Position numbers and translations under genes: made by a program
In this document: positions 54,614-64,000 of the stretch, one piece after another
Position numbering within the stretch: the stretch's first letter is position 1
Layout of the letters: each line of letters begins with the position of its first letter
Notes under the pieces: generated by a model
Databases searched by the model: none
The model's input: the letters and a program-made list of their open reading frames with translations, nothing else
Told to the model about the DNA's origin: nothing
Assembly (NCBI GenBank): GCA_016200085.1
Contig: JACQFL010000050.1
Coordinates: forward strand, 115,088 to 179,087
DNA: 64,000 nt
Source: Candidatus Rokuibacteriota bacterium
Lineage (GTDB): Bacteria; Methylomirabilota; Methylomirabilia; Rokubacteriales; CSP1-6
Direction: 5' to 3'

Positions 54614-55954
54614 TCAGGCTCCGCCCGCCCGCTCTGCACGCCAGCGCTTCCAGGCCGCCAGGCGGCGGGCGATCTCCGCTTCCTGCCCGCGATCCGTCGG
54701 CCGGTAGTACGCGCGGCCGCGCAGCGCCTGGGGCAGGTGCTCCTGCTCCACGCGCGCGTCGGGGGCGTCGTGGGCGTACTGGTAGCCGCGGCCGTAGCCG
54801 AGGTTCTTCATGAGGCCGGTCGGCGCGTTGCGCAGGTGGAGGGGGACGGGCTCCGCCGGGCGCTGGCGGACGTCGTCGCGCGCCTCGTCCCAGGCGACGT
54901 AGACGGCGTTGGACTTGGGCGCCAGCGCCAGGTAGATCACGGCCTGGGCAAGGGCGAGCTCGCCCTCGGGCGTGCCGAGGAAGTGATACGCGTCGCGAGC
55001 GGCGAGGGTGAGCGCGAGCGCGGCGGGATCGGCGTTGCCGACGTCCTCGGAGGCGAATCGCACGAGGCGGCGGGCCACGTAGAGCGGGTCCTCGCCGGCC
55101 TCGAGCATGCGGGCCAGCCAGTAGAGCGAGGCGTCGGGGTCCGAGTCGCGCAGCGACTTGTGCAGCGCGGAGATGATGTTGTAGTGCTCCTCGCCCGACT
55201 TGTCGTAGAGCAGCGTCTTCTTCTGCGCCGCCTCCCGGATGGCCGCCTCGGTCAGGCGCCGCGCGCCGCCCTCCTCGGGCGCCATCCGCACCGCCACCTC
55301 GAGCACGTTGAGCGCCGAGCGGGCGTCGCCGTTGGCGATGCGCGCGATCAGGGCCAGCGCCTCGTCGGCGACGTCCGCACGGAGGGCGCCGAGCCCGCGC
55401 TCGCGGTCGGCCAGCGCGCGCCCCAGGATGGTGACCACGTCGGGCTCGTCGAGGCCGCGGAGCACGTAGACACGGCAGCGCGAGAGCAGCGCGGAGTTCA
55501 CCTCGAACGAGGGGTTCTCGGTGGTGGCCCCCACGAGCACGAGGACCCCGCTCTCCACGTGGGGCAGGAAGGCGTCCTGCTGGGCGCGGTTGAAGCGGTG
55601 GATCTCGTCCACGAACAGGATGGTGCGCCGGCGCCGGTCGCGCTCGGCGTCCGCGATGACCTGGCGGATCTCCTTCACCCCGGAGAGCACGGCGGAGAAC
55701 GCCACGAAGCGGGCGCCCGCGATGGTGGCCATGAGCGAGGCCAGCGTGGTCTTGCCCGATCCGGGCGGGCCCCACAGGATCATGGAGTGGATCTCGCCGC
55801 GCTCGATCATCGCGCGCAGCACCCGGCCCGGCCCGAGCAGGTGATCCTGGCCGACGATCTCGTCCAGCGTGCGCGGGCGCATGCGATCGGCGAGGGGCGC
55901 CTCGCCGGCGGCACGCCCGGGGGCGGCCGGCGGCTCCCCGAACAGGTCAGCCAT
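54614..55954 (-). CDS. rarA: replication-associated recombination protein A (AAA+ ATPase MgsA/RarA)
   Basis: MADLFGEPP...[14 protein letters not shown]...[14 protein letters not shown]...[10 protein letters not shown]. The ORF-track 995-aa entry is over-extended upstream. Confidence 0.9.
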   Translation of the reverse strand: MADLFGEPPAAPGRAAGEAPLADRMRPRTLDEIVGQDHLLGPGRVLRAMIERGEIHSMILWGPPGSGKTTLASLMATIAGARFVAFSAVLSGVKEIRQVIADAERDRRRRTILFVDEIHRFNRAQQDAFLPHVESGVLVLVGATTENPSFEVNSALLSRCRVYVLRGLDEPDVVTILGRALADRERGLGALRADVADEALALIARIANGDARSALNVLEVAVRMAPEEGGARRLTEAAIREAAQKKTLLYDKSGEEHYNIISALHKSLRDSDPDASLYWLARMLEAGEDPLYVARRLVRFASEDVGNADPAALALTLAARDAYHFLGTPEGELALAQAVIYLALAPKSNAVYVAWDEARDDVRQRPAEPVPLHLRNAPTGLMKNLGYGRGYQYAHDAPDARVEQEHLPQALRGRAYYRPTDRGQEAEIARRLAAWKRWRAERAGGA

Positions 55955-56625
55955 CAGGGCGCGCCGCTCCAGCGGGTGACGAGCCACGCGGGCAGCGTCG
56001 CGAGATCGTCGGTCCAGGCCACCGGGGTGACCTTGAAGCGGTCCATCTCGCCCGGTCGCGGCCGGTACGCCACGAACGGCACGCCGACGGCGGCCGCCGC
56101 CACCCCGTCCACCCACGAGTCGCCCACGACCACCGCCACCCCGACCTCGCCGAAATGCGCGGCGATCACCCGCCAGCCGTCCGGGTCGGGCTTCAGCGCG
56201 CGCATGTCGTCGCGGGTGACGACGAGGTCGAGGTGCTCGAGCAGCCCGAGCCGCGCGAGCGCGGGCAGCGAGACCTCGCGCGCGTTGTTCGTCCAGACCG
56301 CGGTGCGAAAGCCCGCGGCGCGCGTGCCGGCCACGGCCTCGAGCGCGCCGGCCTCGAGCGTCGCCTGCTCCATCGCGCGGTGCTCGCGCTCGAGGGCCAG
56401 GCGCCAGAGGTCGGCCTCGAGGGCGGGCGCGTGCGCGCGGCAGTGGGCGAGCAGCTCGCCGATGCGGTAGCGCTCCTGGCGGGGCGGCAGGGGGCCGCAG
56501 CGCGCCTCCAGCCTCCGCCGCATCTCGGCCGCCATCGCGGCGAGGTCGAGCGGGGTGCGCACGAGCGTGTGATCGAGGTCGAAGACGCAGAGTCCCACGG
56601 CGTTCGTAGGATATCGTGCTACCAT
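55954..56625 (-). CDS. HAD-family hydrolase
   Basis: CVFDLDHTL (motif I) ... [17 protein letters not shown] (motif IV). The start is taken at MVARY (or MVTLS at 56640). The stop overlaps the rarA start. Confidence 0.65.
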   Translation of the reverse strand: MVARYPTNAVGLCVFDLDHTLVRTPLDLAAMAAEMRRRLEARCGPLPPRQERYRIGELLAHCRAHAPALEADLWRLALEREHRAMEQATLEAGALEAVAGTRAAGFRTAVWTNNAREVSLPALARLGLLEHLDLVVTRDDMRALKPDPDGWRVIAAHFGEVGVAVVVGDSWVDGVAAAAVGVPFVAYRPRPGEMDRFKVTPVAWTDDLATLPAWLVTRWSGAP

Positions 56626-56638
56626 CGAGAGCGTCACC

Positions 56639-58036
56639 ATGAAGCGCCGACGGCAATTCCTCTCGGCGTTCAGCGCGCTCGTCCTCGTGCTCGCTGCTTC
56701 GTGGATGTCCCCCGGGCTGGCCATCGAGGAGCCCGAGCGCCTGTGGCTGGTCGGCCAGCGCGCCTTCGACGACGGGCTCTACCCGCTCGCGCGGCGCGCG
56801 CTCGAGCGCTTCGTCGACCAGTATCCCCAGGATCCCCGGCTGGGCGACGCCGTGCTCCTGCTCGGCCGGGCACGGTTCGTGACCGGCGACACGGAGGCCG
56901 CGCTGGAGGCCTTCACGCGCGTGCCGGCGACGGAGCCGCCGGCGGCGCGGAAGCTCGAGCTGAAGTTCTGGGAGGCGGAGAGCCTGTTCCGGCTCAAGCG
57001 CTACGGCGAGGCGCGCACGGCCTACGACGTCGTGATCCGGACGGATGCCGCGTCGCCCCTGGCCCCGGAGGCGCTCTACGGCTACGGCTGGTCGGAGCTG
57101 GAGCTGAAGCGCCCCGAGCCGGCCATCACCGCGTTCCGCGACTTCCTCAAGACGTGGCCCGAGCATGCCCTCGCCCCGTCGGCCATGTACCAGATGGCGC
57201 GCGCCCAGACGGAGGTCAAGCGCTACAACGAGGCGGAGCTCGGCCTGCGGGAGCTGCTCGCGAAGTTCCCGAAGGCCCGGATCGCGGGGGACGCCCAGTA
57301 CCTGCTCGCGTGGACGAGGATCCAGGCGGGGGATACCCAGGGCGGCGTCGAGGACCTGCGCGCCTTCGTCAAGGCCAACCCCACGCACGAGCTGGCGCCC
57401 CGGGCCCAGGGATTGATCGCCGAGACCTTCGCGAAGCAGGGCAACCGCGCGGACGTCCTCAAGGTGTATCGCGCGCTCATGGCCCAGAGCCCGCCGACCC
57501 CCGAGGCGCTGAGCGAGGCCGCGGACATCGCCGGGCGTCTGGGCAACCCCAAGGACCAGGAGGCGGCCTGGCGCAAGCTCGTCGCGCAGTTTCCCGAGCA
57601 CCCGCTCGCCCGCCGCGCCGCGTACACCCTGGCCACCGCCGCCTTCAAGCGCGAGCAGTGGAAGGACGCCGCGGCCTTCGGCGAGAAGGCGGCCGCCGCC
57701 GCCGACGACGACGAGCTGCGCGCGGAGGCGTGGCTGACGGTCGGCGAGTCCGAGCTCAAGCTCCAGCGCTTCGCGCCGGCGGCGAAGGCGTTCGAGGCCG
57801 TGGGCGCCGTCAAGAGCCCGCCGGCGTGGATCCGCTTCCGCGCGCTGGCCGGGCTCGGTCTCGCCCGCGAGCAGCAGAAGAACTGGGCCGCCGCGCTCGC
57901 CGCCTACGAGACGGTCGCCGCGAAGAGCCCGGATACGAAGCTGCGGGACTGGGCCAAGGACCGCGCCAGGGCGGTCAGGAGCCAGATGAGCGCGACGCCG
58001 GCCAACGGGCGCGCCCGGCCGAAGGCGGGCTCATGA
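56639..58036 (+). CDS. TPR-repeat protein with signal peptide
   Basis: [28 protein letters not shown], then multiple TPR-like repeats. Confidence 0.65.
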   Translation: MKRRRQFLSAFSALVLVLAASWMSPGLAIEEPERLWLVGQRAFDDGLYPLARRALERFVDQYPQDPRLGDAVLLLGRARFVTGDTEAALEAFTRVPATEPPAARKLELKFWEAESLFRLKRYGEARTAYDVVIRTDAASPLAPEALYGYGWSELELKRPEPAITAFRDFLKTWPEHALAPSAMYQMARAQTEVKRYNEAELGLRELLAKFPKARIAGDAQYLLAWTRIQAGDTQGGVEDLRAFVKANPTHELAPRAQGLIAETFAKQGNRADVLKVYRALMAQSPPTPEALSEAADIAGRLGNPKDQEAAWRKLVAQFPEHPLARRAAYTLATAAFKREQWKDAAAFGEKAAAAADDDELRAEAWLTVGESELKLQRFAPAAKAFEAVGAVKSPPAWIRFRALAGLGLAREQQKNWAAALAAYETVAAKSPDTKLRDWAKDRARAVRSQMSATPANGRARPKAGS

Positions 58037-61014
58037 CACGCGTGCTCGCGCTCGCGGCGCTCTGGCTCGCCGTCACCGCCGCGCCGCCGCCGCCGCTCAA
58101 GCCGCCGCCGCCCGACCTCACGCCGCTGATCGCGTTCGCCAAGGCCCCGCTCGAGAAGCCGCCGGTGCCGCTGCCCGAGGTCGCGCCGCTCGCGCCGCCG
58201 GCGCTGATGCCACCGCTGCCGCCCGCGACGATCGTCGTGCCGGGCGCGGACAAGCCCACCGCCTTCCTGCCCCCGCCCCGCACGCTGCCCTGCGTGGGCG
58301 CGTGGCTCCGGATCGCCTCGGAGTCGCTCGAGTGCGGCCGCGCGCGTTTCGGGCGGGGCGACTACGAGGACGCCGCGAAGGCGCTCGATCAGGCCATGCG
58401 CGGCGCCACCGCCTCCGACCGCGACCTGCTCGACGAGTCGCGGTACTGGCTGGCCGAAGCGCTGTACCGGCTGGACCGCATCGAGCAGGCGGACTGGCTC
58501 TTCCGCCAGGTCGCGAAGGACGCGCGCACCGCCGAGCCGGGACCGTGGGCGCTGCACTCGAGCGGCTGGACGGCGCTCCGCCTGCGCGACGTCGCTCGCG
58601 CGCGCGACACCTTCGCGCAGGTGCTCGCCGCGGCGCACCCGGCCAGCATCGACGGCTTCACGCGCCACGGGCTCGCGCTCGCCCTCTATGCGCTCGGCCA
58701 GTACAAGGACGCGCAGCAGACGTGGGCGGAGCTCATCGCCCGCGGGGTGCCGGCCCCGCTGGAGCGCGACGTGGCGTTCTGGAACGGCGAGACGCTGGGG
58801 CGCATCGGCCAGTTTGCCCAGGGCGCGCAGGCGCTCGCGCGCTTCGCACAGAATGCCGCCGGCCACCCGCTGCTCGAGACCTCGGTCCTGCGCCGGGGCT
58901 GGTGGGCGCTCGGCGCCAACGACGTCCCGGGCAGCCTGGCCGCCTTCCGCTCGTACCTCGGCCGTCCCGCCGCCCCCGGGGCGGGCTCGGACGAGCGGCC
59001 GTGGGCCGAGGCGGGCATGGCGCTGGCGCTCCTGTCCTCCGGCGATGCCGCCGGCGCGCAGAGCTTCGTCCAGGCCCTGGACGCCCAGCGCTCGCCGCTG
59101 GCGCTGCCCGTGTGGCTCTCGCTGGTCGTCTCGGCCGTCGAGGCCAAGCGCTTCGCGGACGCCCAGGGCATGATGCAGCAACTGCTCGCCGGCTCGCTCC
59201 AGCCGCCGGTGCGCGCCTGGCTGCTGGCGATGCGCGGCGATGCCGCGCGCCAGGACGGCAACCGCGACGAGGCGCGCACCCAGTACGACCTGGCCCGCCA
59301 GGCCGACGCCGCCAGCGCCGTCGGGCGATACGCGACGTACCGCCTGGCCCAGAGCAACTTCGAGCTGCGCGAGTTCGCGCAAGCCGTCAACGACGTCACC
59401 CCGCTGGCCGGCGTGACGCTGTCCCCCGACCTGCTGCTGGCGGCGCTGCTCCTCCAGGGCGACGCGGCGTACTACGCGGGCAACTTCCCCGTCGCGGCCG
59501 CCGCCTACCGGCGCGCGCTCTTGGAGATTCCCGGCCAGCCCTCGGCGGCGCTGGTGAGGCTCTCCGCGGCGTGGGCGGCCCTGAAGCAGAACCAGAACGC
59601 CGAGGCCCGCCGGCAGTTCCTCGACTTCGCCACGGCCACGCCGACCGATCCCTACGCGATCGACGCGATGCTGCTCGCCTCGGAGCTGACGATCCTCGCG
59701 ACCGAGCTCGACGCCGCGCGCGACCTGCTCGACCGGATCCTCGCGACCTACCCGACGCACCCGCGCACCGACTTCGCGCGGATGAACCGGGCGCTCCTGA
59801 TGATGCGCGGGGGCCAGAGCCCGCTCGCGGTGCCGCTGATGCGCGACTGGCTCAAGCGCGCGCCGTACTCGCCGCTCTCGCCGCGCGCGCACGCCATCCT
59901 GGGCGCGGCGCTGCTGAACAGCGGCGTGCCCGCCGAGGCCGGCAAGGAGTTCACGCTGGCGCGGGGCGAGGGGCTCGGCGCGCTCGCGGGGCTCGGGCTC
60001 GGGGCCGTCGCGCTCGTGGAGGGCCGGCTCGACGAGGCGACGCGGGAGCTCAACGAGGCGCGCGACGGCGGCTCGCCGGCCATCGCCGGCGCCGCGCAGT
60101 ACGGCCTGGCCGTCGTCGCGTTCAATCGCGGCGCGCCTGCGGAGTTCAAGACGGGCGCGCAGGCGGCGCTCGACGCCGATCCCAAGGGGCCGATGGCGCC
60201 CGCGATCCTGTACGTGCTGGCCGGCCTCGCCGCGGGCGATCAGGACTGGCCGGGCGCGCTGGCCATCGCCCGGCGTCTCGTCGCGGAGTTCCCCGCGGAC
60301 GACCGGGCCGCCGCCGCCCTCGAGGTCGTCGGCGCGGGCGCCGCGAAGGCGACGGCCTGGCCGCCGGCGCTCGAGGCCTCGTCGCTCCTGCGGCAGCGGT
60401 ATCCGCAGAGCCCGTTCGCCGAGGACGCGCGCCTCCGCGTGGACGAGGCGCTCATCGGCGTCGGCCGGGCCCCGGAGGCGCGCGCCGATCTCGAGCAGAT
60501 CACGGGCGCCACGCCGCCCGACCCGCGCGCCCCGCAGGCGTGGGTCCTGCTCGCGCGCGTGCGCGAGGCCGCCGGCGACCGCGCGGGCGCCCTCGCCGCC
60601 TACGCCCAGGCCGCGCGCGACGGCCGGGGCCTCGACTGGAGCATCGACGCCCAGCTCGGCAACGCGCGGCTGCTGATCCAGGACAAGCGGTGGGACGAGG
60701 CGCGCGCCGCCCTCACCCCGGTCCTCGCCGCGAGCGGGGGCGCGACGGCCGCGGAGGCCGCGCTGGGGCTCGGGGAGACGTACGCCGCCGAGGGCCAGCA
60801 CCAGGCCGCGGTCGAGTACTACATGACGGCCGCGTACGTGGCGCCGGACTCGCCGGCGGGACGGCGCGCGCTCGTGGGCGCCGGGCGCAGCTTCGCGGTC
60901 CTCAAGCAGCCGGACGAGGCGGAGATCGTCTACCGCAAGCTGCTGGCCCAGGAGGCCGTCCCGTCCGACCTCACGGACGCCGCGCGCCGGGGCCTCGAAG
61001 AGATCAAGCGCTAA
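58033..61014 (+). CDS. large TPR-repeat protein with signal peptide and Pro-rich N-terminal region
   Basis: [32 protein letters not shown]..., ~993 aa of TPR-like repeats. ATG overlaps the upstream stop. The ORF-track start at 56155 is artefactual. Confidence 0.65.
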   Translation: MTRVLALAALWLAVTAAPPPPLKPPPPDLTPLIAFAKAPLEKPPVPLPEVAPLAPPALMPPLPPATIVVPGADKPTAFLPPPRTLPCVGAWLRIASESLECGRARFGRGDYEDAAKALDQAMRGATASDRDLLDESRYWLAEALYRLDRIEQADWLFRQVAKDARTAEPGPWALHSSGWTALRLRDVARARDTFAQVLAAAHPASIDGFTRHGLALALYALGQYKDAQQTWAELIARGVPAPLERDVAFWNGETLGRIGQFAQGAQALARFAQNAAGHPLLETSVLRRGWWALGANDVPGSLAAFRSYLGRPAAPGAGSDERPWAEAGMALALLSSGDAAGAQSFVQALDAQRSPLALPVWLSLVVSAVEAKRFADAQGMMQQLLAGSLQPPVRAWLLAMRGDAARQDGNRDEARTQYDLARQADAASAVGRYATYRLAQSNFELREFAQAVNDVTPLAGVTLSPDLLLAALLLQGDAAYYAGNFPVAAAAYRRALLEIPGQPSAALVRLSAAWAALKQNQNAEARRQFLDFATATPTDPYAIDAMLLASELTILATELDAARDLLDRILATYPTHPRTDFARMNRALLMMRGGQSPLAVPLMRDWLKRAPYSPLSPRAHAILGAALLNSGVPAEAGKEFTLARGEGLGALAGLGLGAVALVEGRLDEATRELNEARDGGSPAIAGAAQYGLAVVAFNRGAPAEFKTGAQAALDADPKGPMAPAILYVLAGLAAGDQDWPGALAIARRLVAEFPADDRAAAALEVVGAGAAKATAWPPALEASSLLRQRYPQSPFAEDARLRVDEALIGVGRAPEARADLEQITGATPPDPRAPQAWVLLARVREAAGDRAGALAAYAQAARDGRGLDWSIDAQLGNARLLIQDKRWDEARAALTPVLAASGGATAAEAALGLGETYAAEGQHQAAVEYYMTAAYVAPDSPAGRRALVGAGRSFAVLKQPDEAEIVYRKLLAQEAVPSDLTDAARRGLEEIKR

Positions 61015-61016
61015 GC

Positions 61017-61322
61017 GCTCGTCGCGTATCGGCGGTGCGAGGGCTGGGGGCCGGGGCGGCCTCGGGCGATCCGACTGACTGTGATTTCAAACGTCGTGTC
61101 CGCGCGCCACGATGCGCGCGCGACGCCTTCTCCCCGTACCCAACGGATCGCCCGAGGCCGCCCCGGCCCCCAGCCCTCGCACCGCCGCGTGGTGAGAGCG
61201 CGCTTTAGCGCTTGATTTCGCGCGAGTCGCGGCGCGCGGACACGCCCATGGAGATCACGGTCAGTCGGATCGCCGAGGCCGCCCCGGCCCCCAGCCCTCG
61301 CACCGCCGATACGCGACGAGCG
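61017..61322. repeat. nested inverted-repeat element (MITE/REP-like)
   Basis: Terminal arms of 63/64 bp (61017..61079 and 61260..61322) are inverted with respect to each other. An internal 43-bp copy of the arm core lies at 61145..61187, plus internal palindromes. Confidence 0.75.
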
Positions 61323-61366
61323 TCGATCGGCGCTCGAACCACACGGTGTCCGGACGCGCTGCTAGA

Positions 61367-63196
61367 ATGGCCCGCGTGAAGGGCTATGGCGGCCGGATCC
61401 TGTTCGTCGATCTCACGAGCGGCGGCTCGCGCATCGTGCCACTCGACGAGACCACCGCGCGGCGGTTGCTCGGGGGCAATGGGCTGGCGGCCCGTTTGCT
61501 CTACGACACCGTGCCGGCGGGAACGGATGCGTTCGATCCGGCGAACGCGGTCGTGTTCGGGGTCGGGCCGATCACCGACACGACGGTGCCGGGCAACAGC
61601 CGGGCCTGCGTGGCGACCAAGTCGCCGCTCACCGGGCTCTTCTTCGACTCCACCTTCGGCGGCCGGTTTCCCGCGACGCTCAAGCGCACGGGCTTCGACG
61701 CCGTCGTGGTCACGGGCCGGGCGGCGGCGCCGGCCTACGTCGTGATCGACGAGCGCGGCGCCGAGGTCAAGCCCGCGCGGCACCTGTGGGGCCGGACGAC
61801 GCGCGAGACCGTGCAGGCGATCGTCGCCGCGGAGGGCGCGGACGCCGACGCGCTGGCCATCGGTCCGGCCGGCGAGGCGCGCGTGCGCTTCGCGGCGATG
61901 GCGCATTACTGGAAGAACCGCGAGGGCGTCTCGGGGCGCGGCGGGATCGGCGGCGTCCTCGGCGCCAAGAATCTCAAGGCCGTGGTGGTCCGCGGCACGC
62001 GGAAGACGGACGTCGCCGACGCCGCCGCGCTGAAGGCCCTGCTCGGCGAGGCGCGCGAGCCGCTCACCAAGGGCACGCAGGCGCTCACCACCTTCGGCAC
62101 GCCGTTCCTCGTCGGCCCCATCAACGCGCTCGGCGGGCTCGGCGCCTACAACCTCCGCCAGGAGACGTTCGCCGAGGCGGCCCTCGTGGGCGGCGAGTCG
62201 CTCAAGCAGCACTTCCACGACCGTGACACCACGTGCCTGAAGTGCCCCGTGGCGTGCGGCAAGCAGTACGCCATCCGCGAGGGCGAGTTCGCGGGCACGC
62301 GCGCGAAGATGCCCGAGTACGAGACCATCTTCGCGCTCGGGCCGATGCTCGGCATCAGCCAGCCCGAGGCGCTGATCCTCGCCAACGACGCCTGCGATCT
62401 CCTCGGCATGGACACGATCTCGATGGGCGTCACGCTGGCGTTCGTCTGCGAGGCGCTGGAGCGGAAGTGGCTCGCGCCCGCCGAGGTCGGCGTGCCGTTC
62501 GGCTGGGGCGACTGGCGCGGCATGCTGCGGCTCGTCGAGATGACGGCGCGCCGCGAGGGCTTCGGGGCGCGGCTGGCCGAGGGCGCCTGGCGGCTCGCGG
62601 AGTCGCTCGGCGGCGAGGCCACGCGCGCGGTGTACGCCGTCAAGCGGCTGGAGCTGCCCGCGCACTCCGCCCGCGCGCTCAAGGGCCTGTCCATCGGGTA
62701 CGCCACCGCGACCCGGGGCGGCAGCCACCACGACACGCGCCCGACGCCCCAGTACGCCGCCGGCTTCGACCGTCGCGGGACGGCGGACAAGCCGGCGTTC
62801 GCGATCCGCAGCCAGCACTTCACCGCGGTCGGCGACTCGCTCGTCATGTGCCGCTTCACCTCGGAGCGCGGCTTCGGGCTCTTCGTCGGCGAGCCCTATG
62901 CCGCGATGGTGCGCGCGGTCACGGGCTGGGACGTCAGCGTCGAGGAGCTCGAGCGGGTGGGAGAGCGGATCGTCAACCTCGAGCGCATGTTCAACGTGCG
63001 CGAGGGCGTGCGCCGGGCCGACGACACCCTGCCCTGGAAGGTGATGCACGAGCCCATCCCCGACGGCCCGTCGGCCGGGATGTACTGTCCGCCCGACGAG
63101 CTCGACGCCATGCTCGACGACTACTACCGCCGCCGCGGCTGGGACGCCGACGGCGTCCCGACCCCCGCCCGCCTCGCGTCGCTCGAGCTGGAGTAA
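61367..63196 (+). CDS. aldehyde:ferredoxin oxidoreductase family protein (tungsten/molybdopterin type)
   Basis: MARVKGYGGRILFVDLTSGG...GGNGLAARLLYD...CLKCPVACGKQ (Fe-S ligands) over 610 aa typical of the AOR family. A TAGAAT box overlaps the ATG. Confidence 0.85.
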   Translation: MARVKGYGGRILFVDLTSGGSRIVPLDETTARRLLGGNGLAARLLYDTVPAGTDAFDPANAVVFGVGPITDTTVPGNSRACVATKSPLTGLFFDSTFGGRFPATLKRTGFDAVVVTGRAAAPAYVVIDERGAEVKPARHLWGRTTRETVQAIVAAEGADADALAIGPAGEARVRFAAMAHYWKNREGVSGRGGIGGVLGAKNLKAVVVRGTRKTDVADAAALKALLGEAREPLTKGTQALTTFGTPFLVGPINALGGLGAYNLRQETFAEAALVGGESLKQHFHDRDTTCLKCPVACGKQYAIREGEFAGTRAKMPEYETIFALGPMLGISQPEALILANDACDLLGMDTISMGVTLAFVCEALERKWLAPAEVGVPFGWGDWRGMLRLVEMTARREGFGARLAEGAWRLAESLGGEATRAVYAVKRLELPAHSARALKGLSIGYATATRGGSHHDTRPTPQYAAGFDRRGTADKPAFAIRSQHFTAVGDSLVMCRFTSERGFGLFVGEPYAAMVRAVTGWDVSVEELERVGERIVNLERMFNVREGVRRADDTLPWKVMHEPIPDGPSAGMYCPPDELDAMLDDYYRRRGWDADGVPTPARLASLELE

Positions 63197-63214
63197 CTGC
63201 TGGCGCGCCGGGGC

Positions 63215-63500
63215 GTGGTGCTGCCCGCCATCAGCGTGATGGTGCTGTACGCCAACGCCGTGTGGTGGACGCTCTTCAAGTTCCTGGACTCCTTCGTGTG
63301 GGCCACGGTGTTCCACGGCGTGCAGGACCTGGCGATCGTGCTGGTCTTCCGCCCGTCACGCTGGCGTGGCTGGGCTTCGACGCCGCCAGGAGCCTGATGC
63401 TCGTGCTCGCCCTCATCAACATCCACCACTTCGTCGTCGACGCCTGCATCTGGAAGCTGCGCCGCGATCCGAACTACCAGACCGGGGTGGGAGGCCGCCC
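63215..63500 (+). pseudogene. possible frameshifted fragment of a membrane-protein gene
   Basis: Hydrophobic translations in two frames (VLYANAVWWTLFKFLDSFVWATVFHGVQDLAIVLVF and LAWLGFDAARSLMLVLALINIHHFVVDACIWKLRRDP) with no intact ORF. No family is recognised. Confidence 0.25.
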
Positions 63501-63544
63501 CCGTCCCGTCGTACGCGCGGGCTCACCGCGCTACAATCCAGGCA

Positions 63545-63620
63545 CGGGCGGATAGCTCAGCCGGGAGAGCACAGCCCTTACAAGGCTGGGGTCGCAGGTT
63601 CGAGCCCTGCTCCGCCCACC
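63545..63620 (+). tRNA. tRNA-Val (anticodon TAC), CCA encoded
   Basis: GGGCGGATAGCTCAGCCGGGAGAGCACAGCCCTTACAAGGCTGGGGTCGCAGGTTCGAGCCCTGCTCCGCCCACCA folds as a cloverleaf (7-bp acceptor, GCTC/GAGC D-stem, CAGCC/GGCTG anticodon stem, loop CTTACAA, GCAGG/CCTGC T-stem, TTCGAGC T-loop). Confidence 0.85.
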
Positions 63621-63922
63621 ATCTTGAGATCGGGGCGCGCGCTGCGCTGGACTCGTTCAAGCGAAGGGGGCAAGGCCCCCCCCTCGGACTCTCCCGGCCG
63701 ATGCCCCCCATCGCCGGACGGCTTTCGCGTGAAATGCCGGACGCGTGTCGCCCTGGCTCACCGCCCACAAGCGGATGGCGCCGGCGGAGCCGGCGCTCGG
63801 AAGACGCGCAGGATGTCCTTGCTGTGTCAAGAAATCCGACACGGAAAGGAACTCCACGGGGTTGCGACGAAGCCCAGAATTCGGGCTCGACTCCCCGGAG
63901 CGGCTGGCCTAGAATCCCCGCC

Positions 63923-64000
63923 ATGAAAACACCCAGTGACGGTACCAACGCCGGCAGTCTCGTGACGCGTCTCGCTGTAGTGGCGGCCATCGCTGTGCTG
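63923..64000 (+). CDS. 5' end of an unidentified gene running off the window (MKTPSDGTNAGSLVTRLAVVAAIAVL...)
   Basis: ATG preceded by CTAGAAT, 6 nt upstream. Too short to classify. Confidence 0.3.
   Translation, partial: MKTPSDGTNAGSLVTRLAVVAAIAVL

Noticed and set aside
61017-61322. Interpreting the nested repeat as a riboswitch or known ncRNA upstream of the AOR gene
   Set aside because: I recognise no known riboswitch consensus (e.g. a molybdenum/tungsten cofactor Moco-type) by eye. The symmetry is that of DNA inverted repeats. It is left as a MITE/REP-like element pending an Rfam scan.

Overview
High-GC (~70%) bacterial chromosomal segment that encodes mostly housekeeping functions, tightly packed with many ATGA/GTGA-type coupled gene junctions. 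Across the window the reliably identifiable genes are: accD (3' end), folC, lptD, an envelope-sugar cluster (DegT aminotransferase, nucleotide-sugar dehydrogenase, UbiA-family prenyltransferase, DUF362 protein), gltX, a histidine phosphatase, a Na/Pi cotransporter, glnB and glnE, polA, coaE, rsmA, rnj, ftsK, a VOC/SDR/hypothetical trio, two solute-binding proteins, lolA, yajQ, rimO, pgpA, cinA, thpR, recA, pilT, recX, alaS, a response regulator and MBL-fold lipoprotein, a polyamine cluster (pdaD, speB, speH, speE), maf, an nth-like gene, murG-like and ddl, rarA, a HAD hydrolase, two TPR proteins, a tungsten-type aldehyde:ferredoxin oxidoreductase and tRNA-Val. The strongest non-routine signals are two inteins. 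(1) A 523-aa intein carrying a LAGLIDADG homing endonuclease is inserted in the conserved K|TH motif of a DUF362 protein, and it coincides with a marked local GC drop. (2) A 147-aa mini-intein sits in RecA at the site used by the mycobacterial RecA intein. Other signals are an envelope glycolipid-like cluster downstream of lptD, pilT lying between recA and recX, a -1 frameshift in glnE, a degraded M23-peptidase relic, and several GC-rich repeat/hairpin elements. The repeat elements are a 37-bp perfect inverted repeat, a 25-bp tandem repeat, a double-hairpin element present at two loci, and a ~300-bp nested inverted-repeat (MITE-like) element upstream of the AOR gene. Many genes have TAGAAT/TAAGAT/TACAAT -10-like boxes abutting their start codons, consistent with leaderless or short-leader transcription. 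Several conserved N-termini lack a canonical start codon. Nearly all long antisense ORFs in the track are GC artefacts. Manually located motif coordinates may be off by 1-2 nt.
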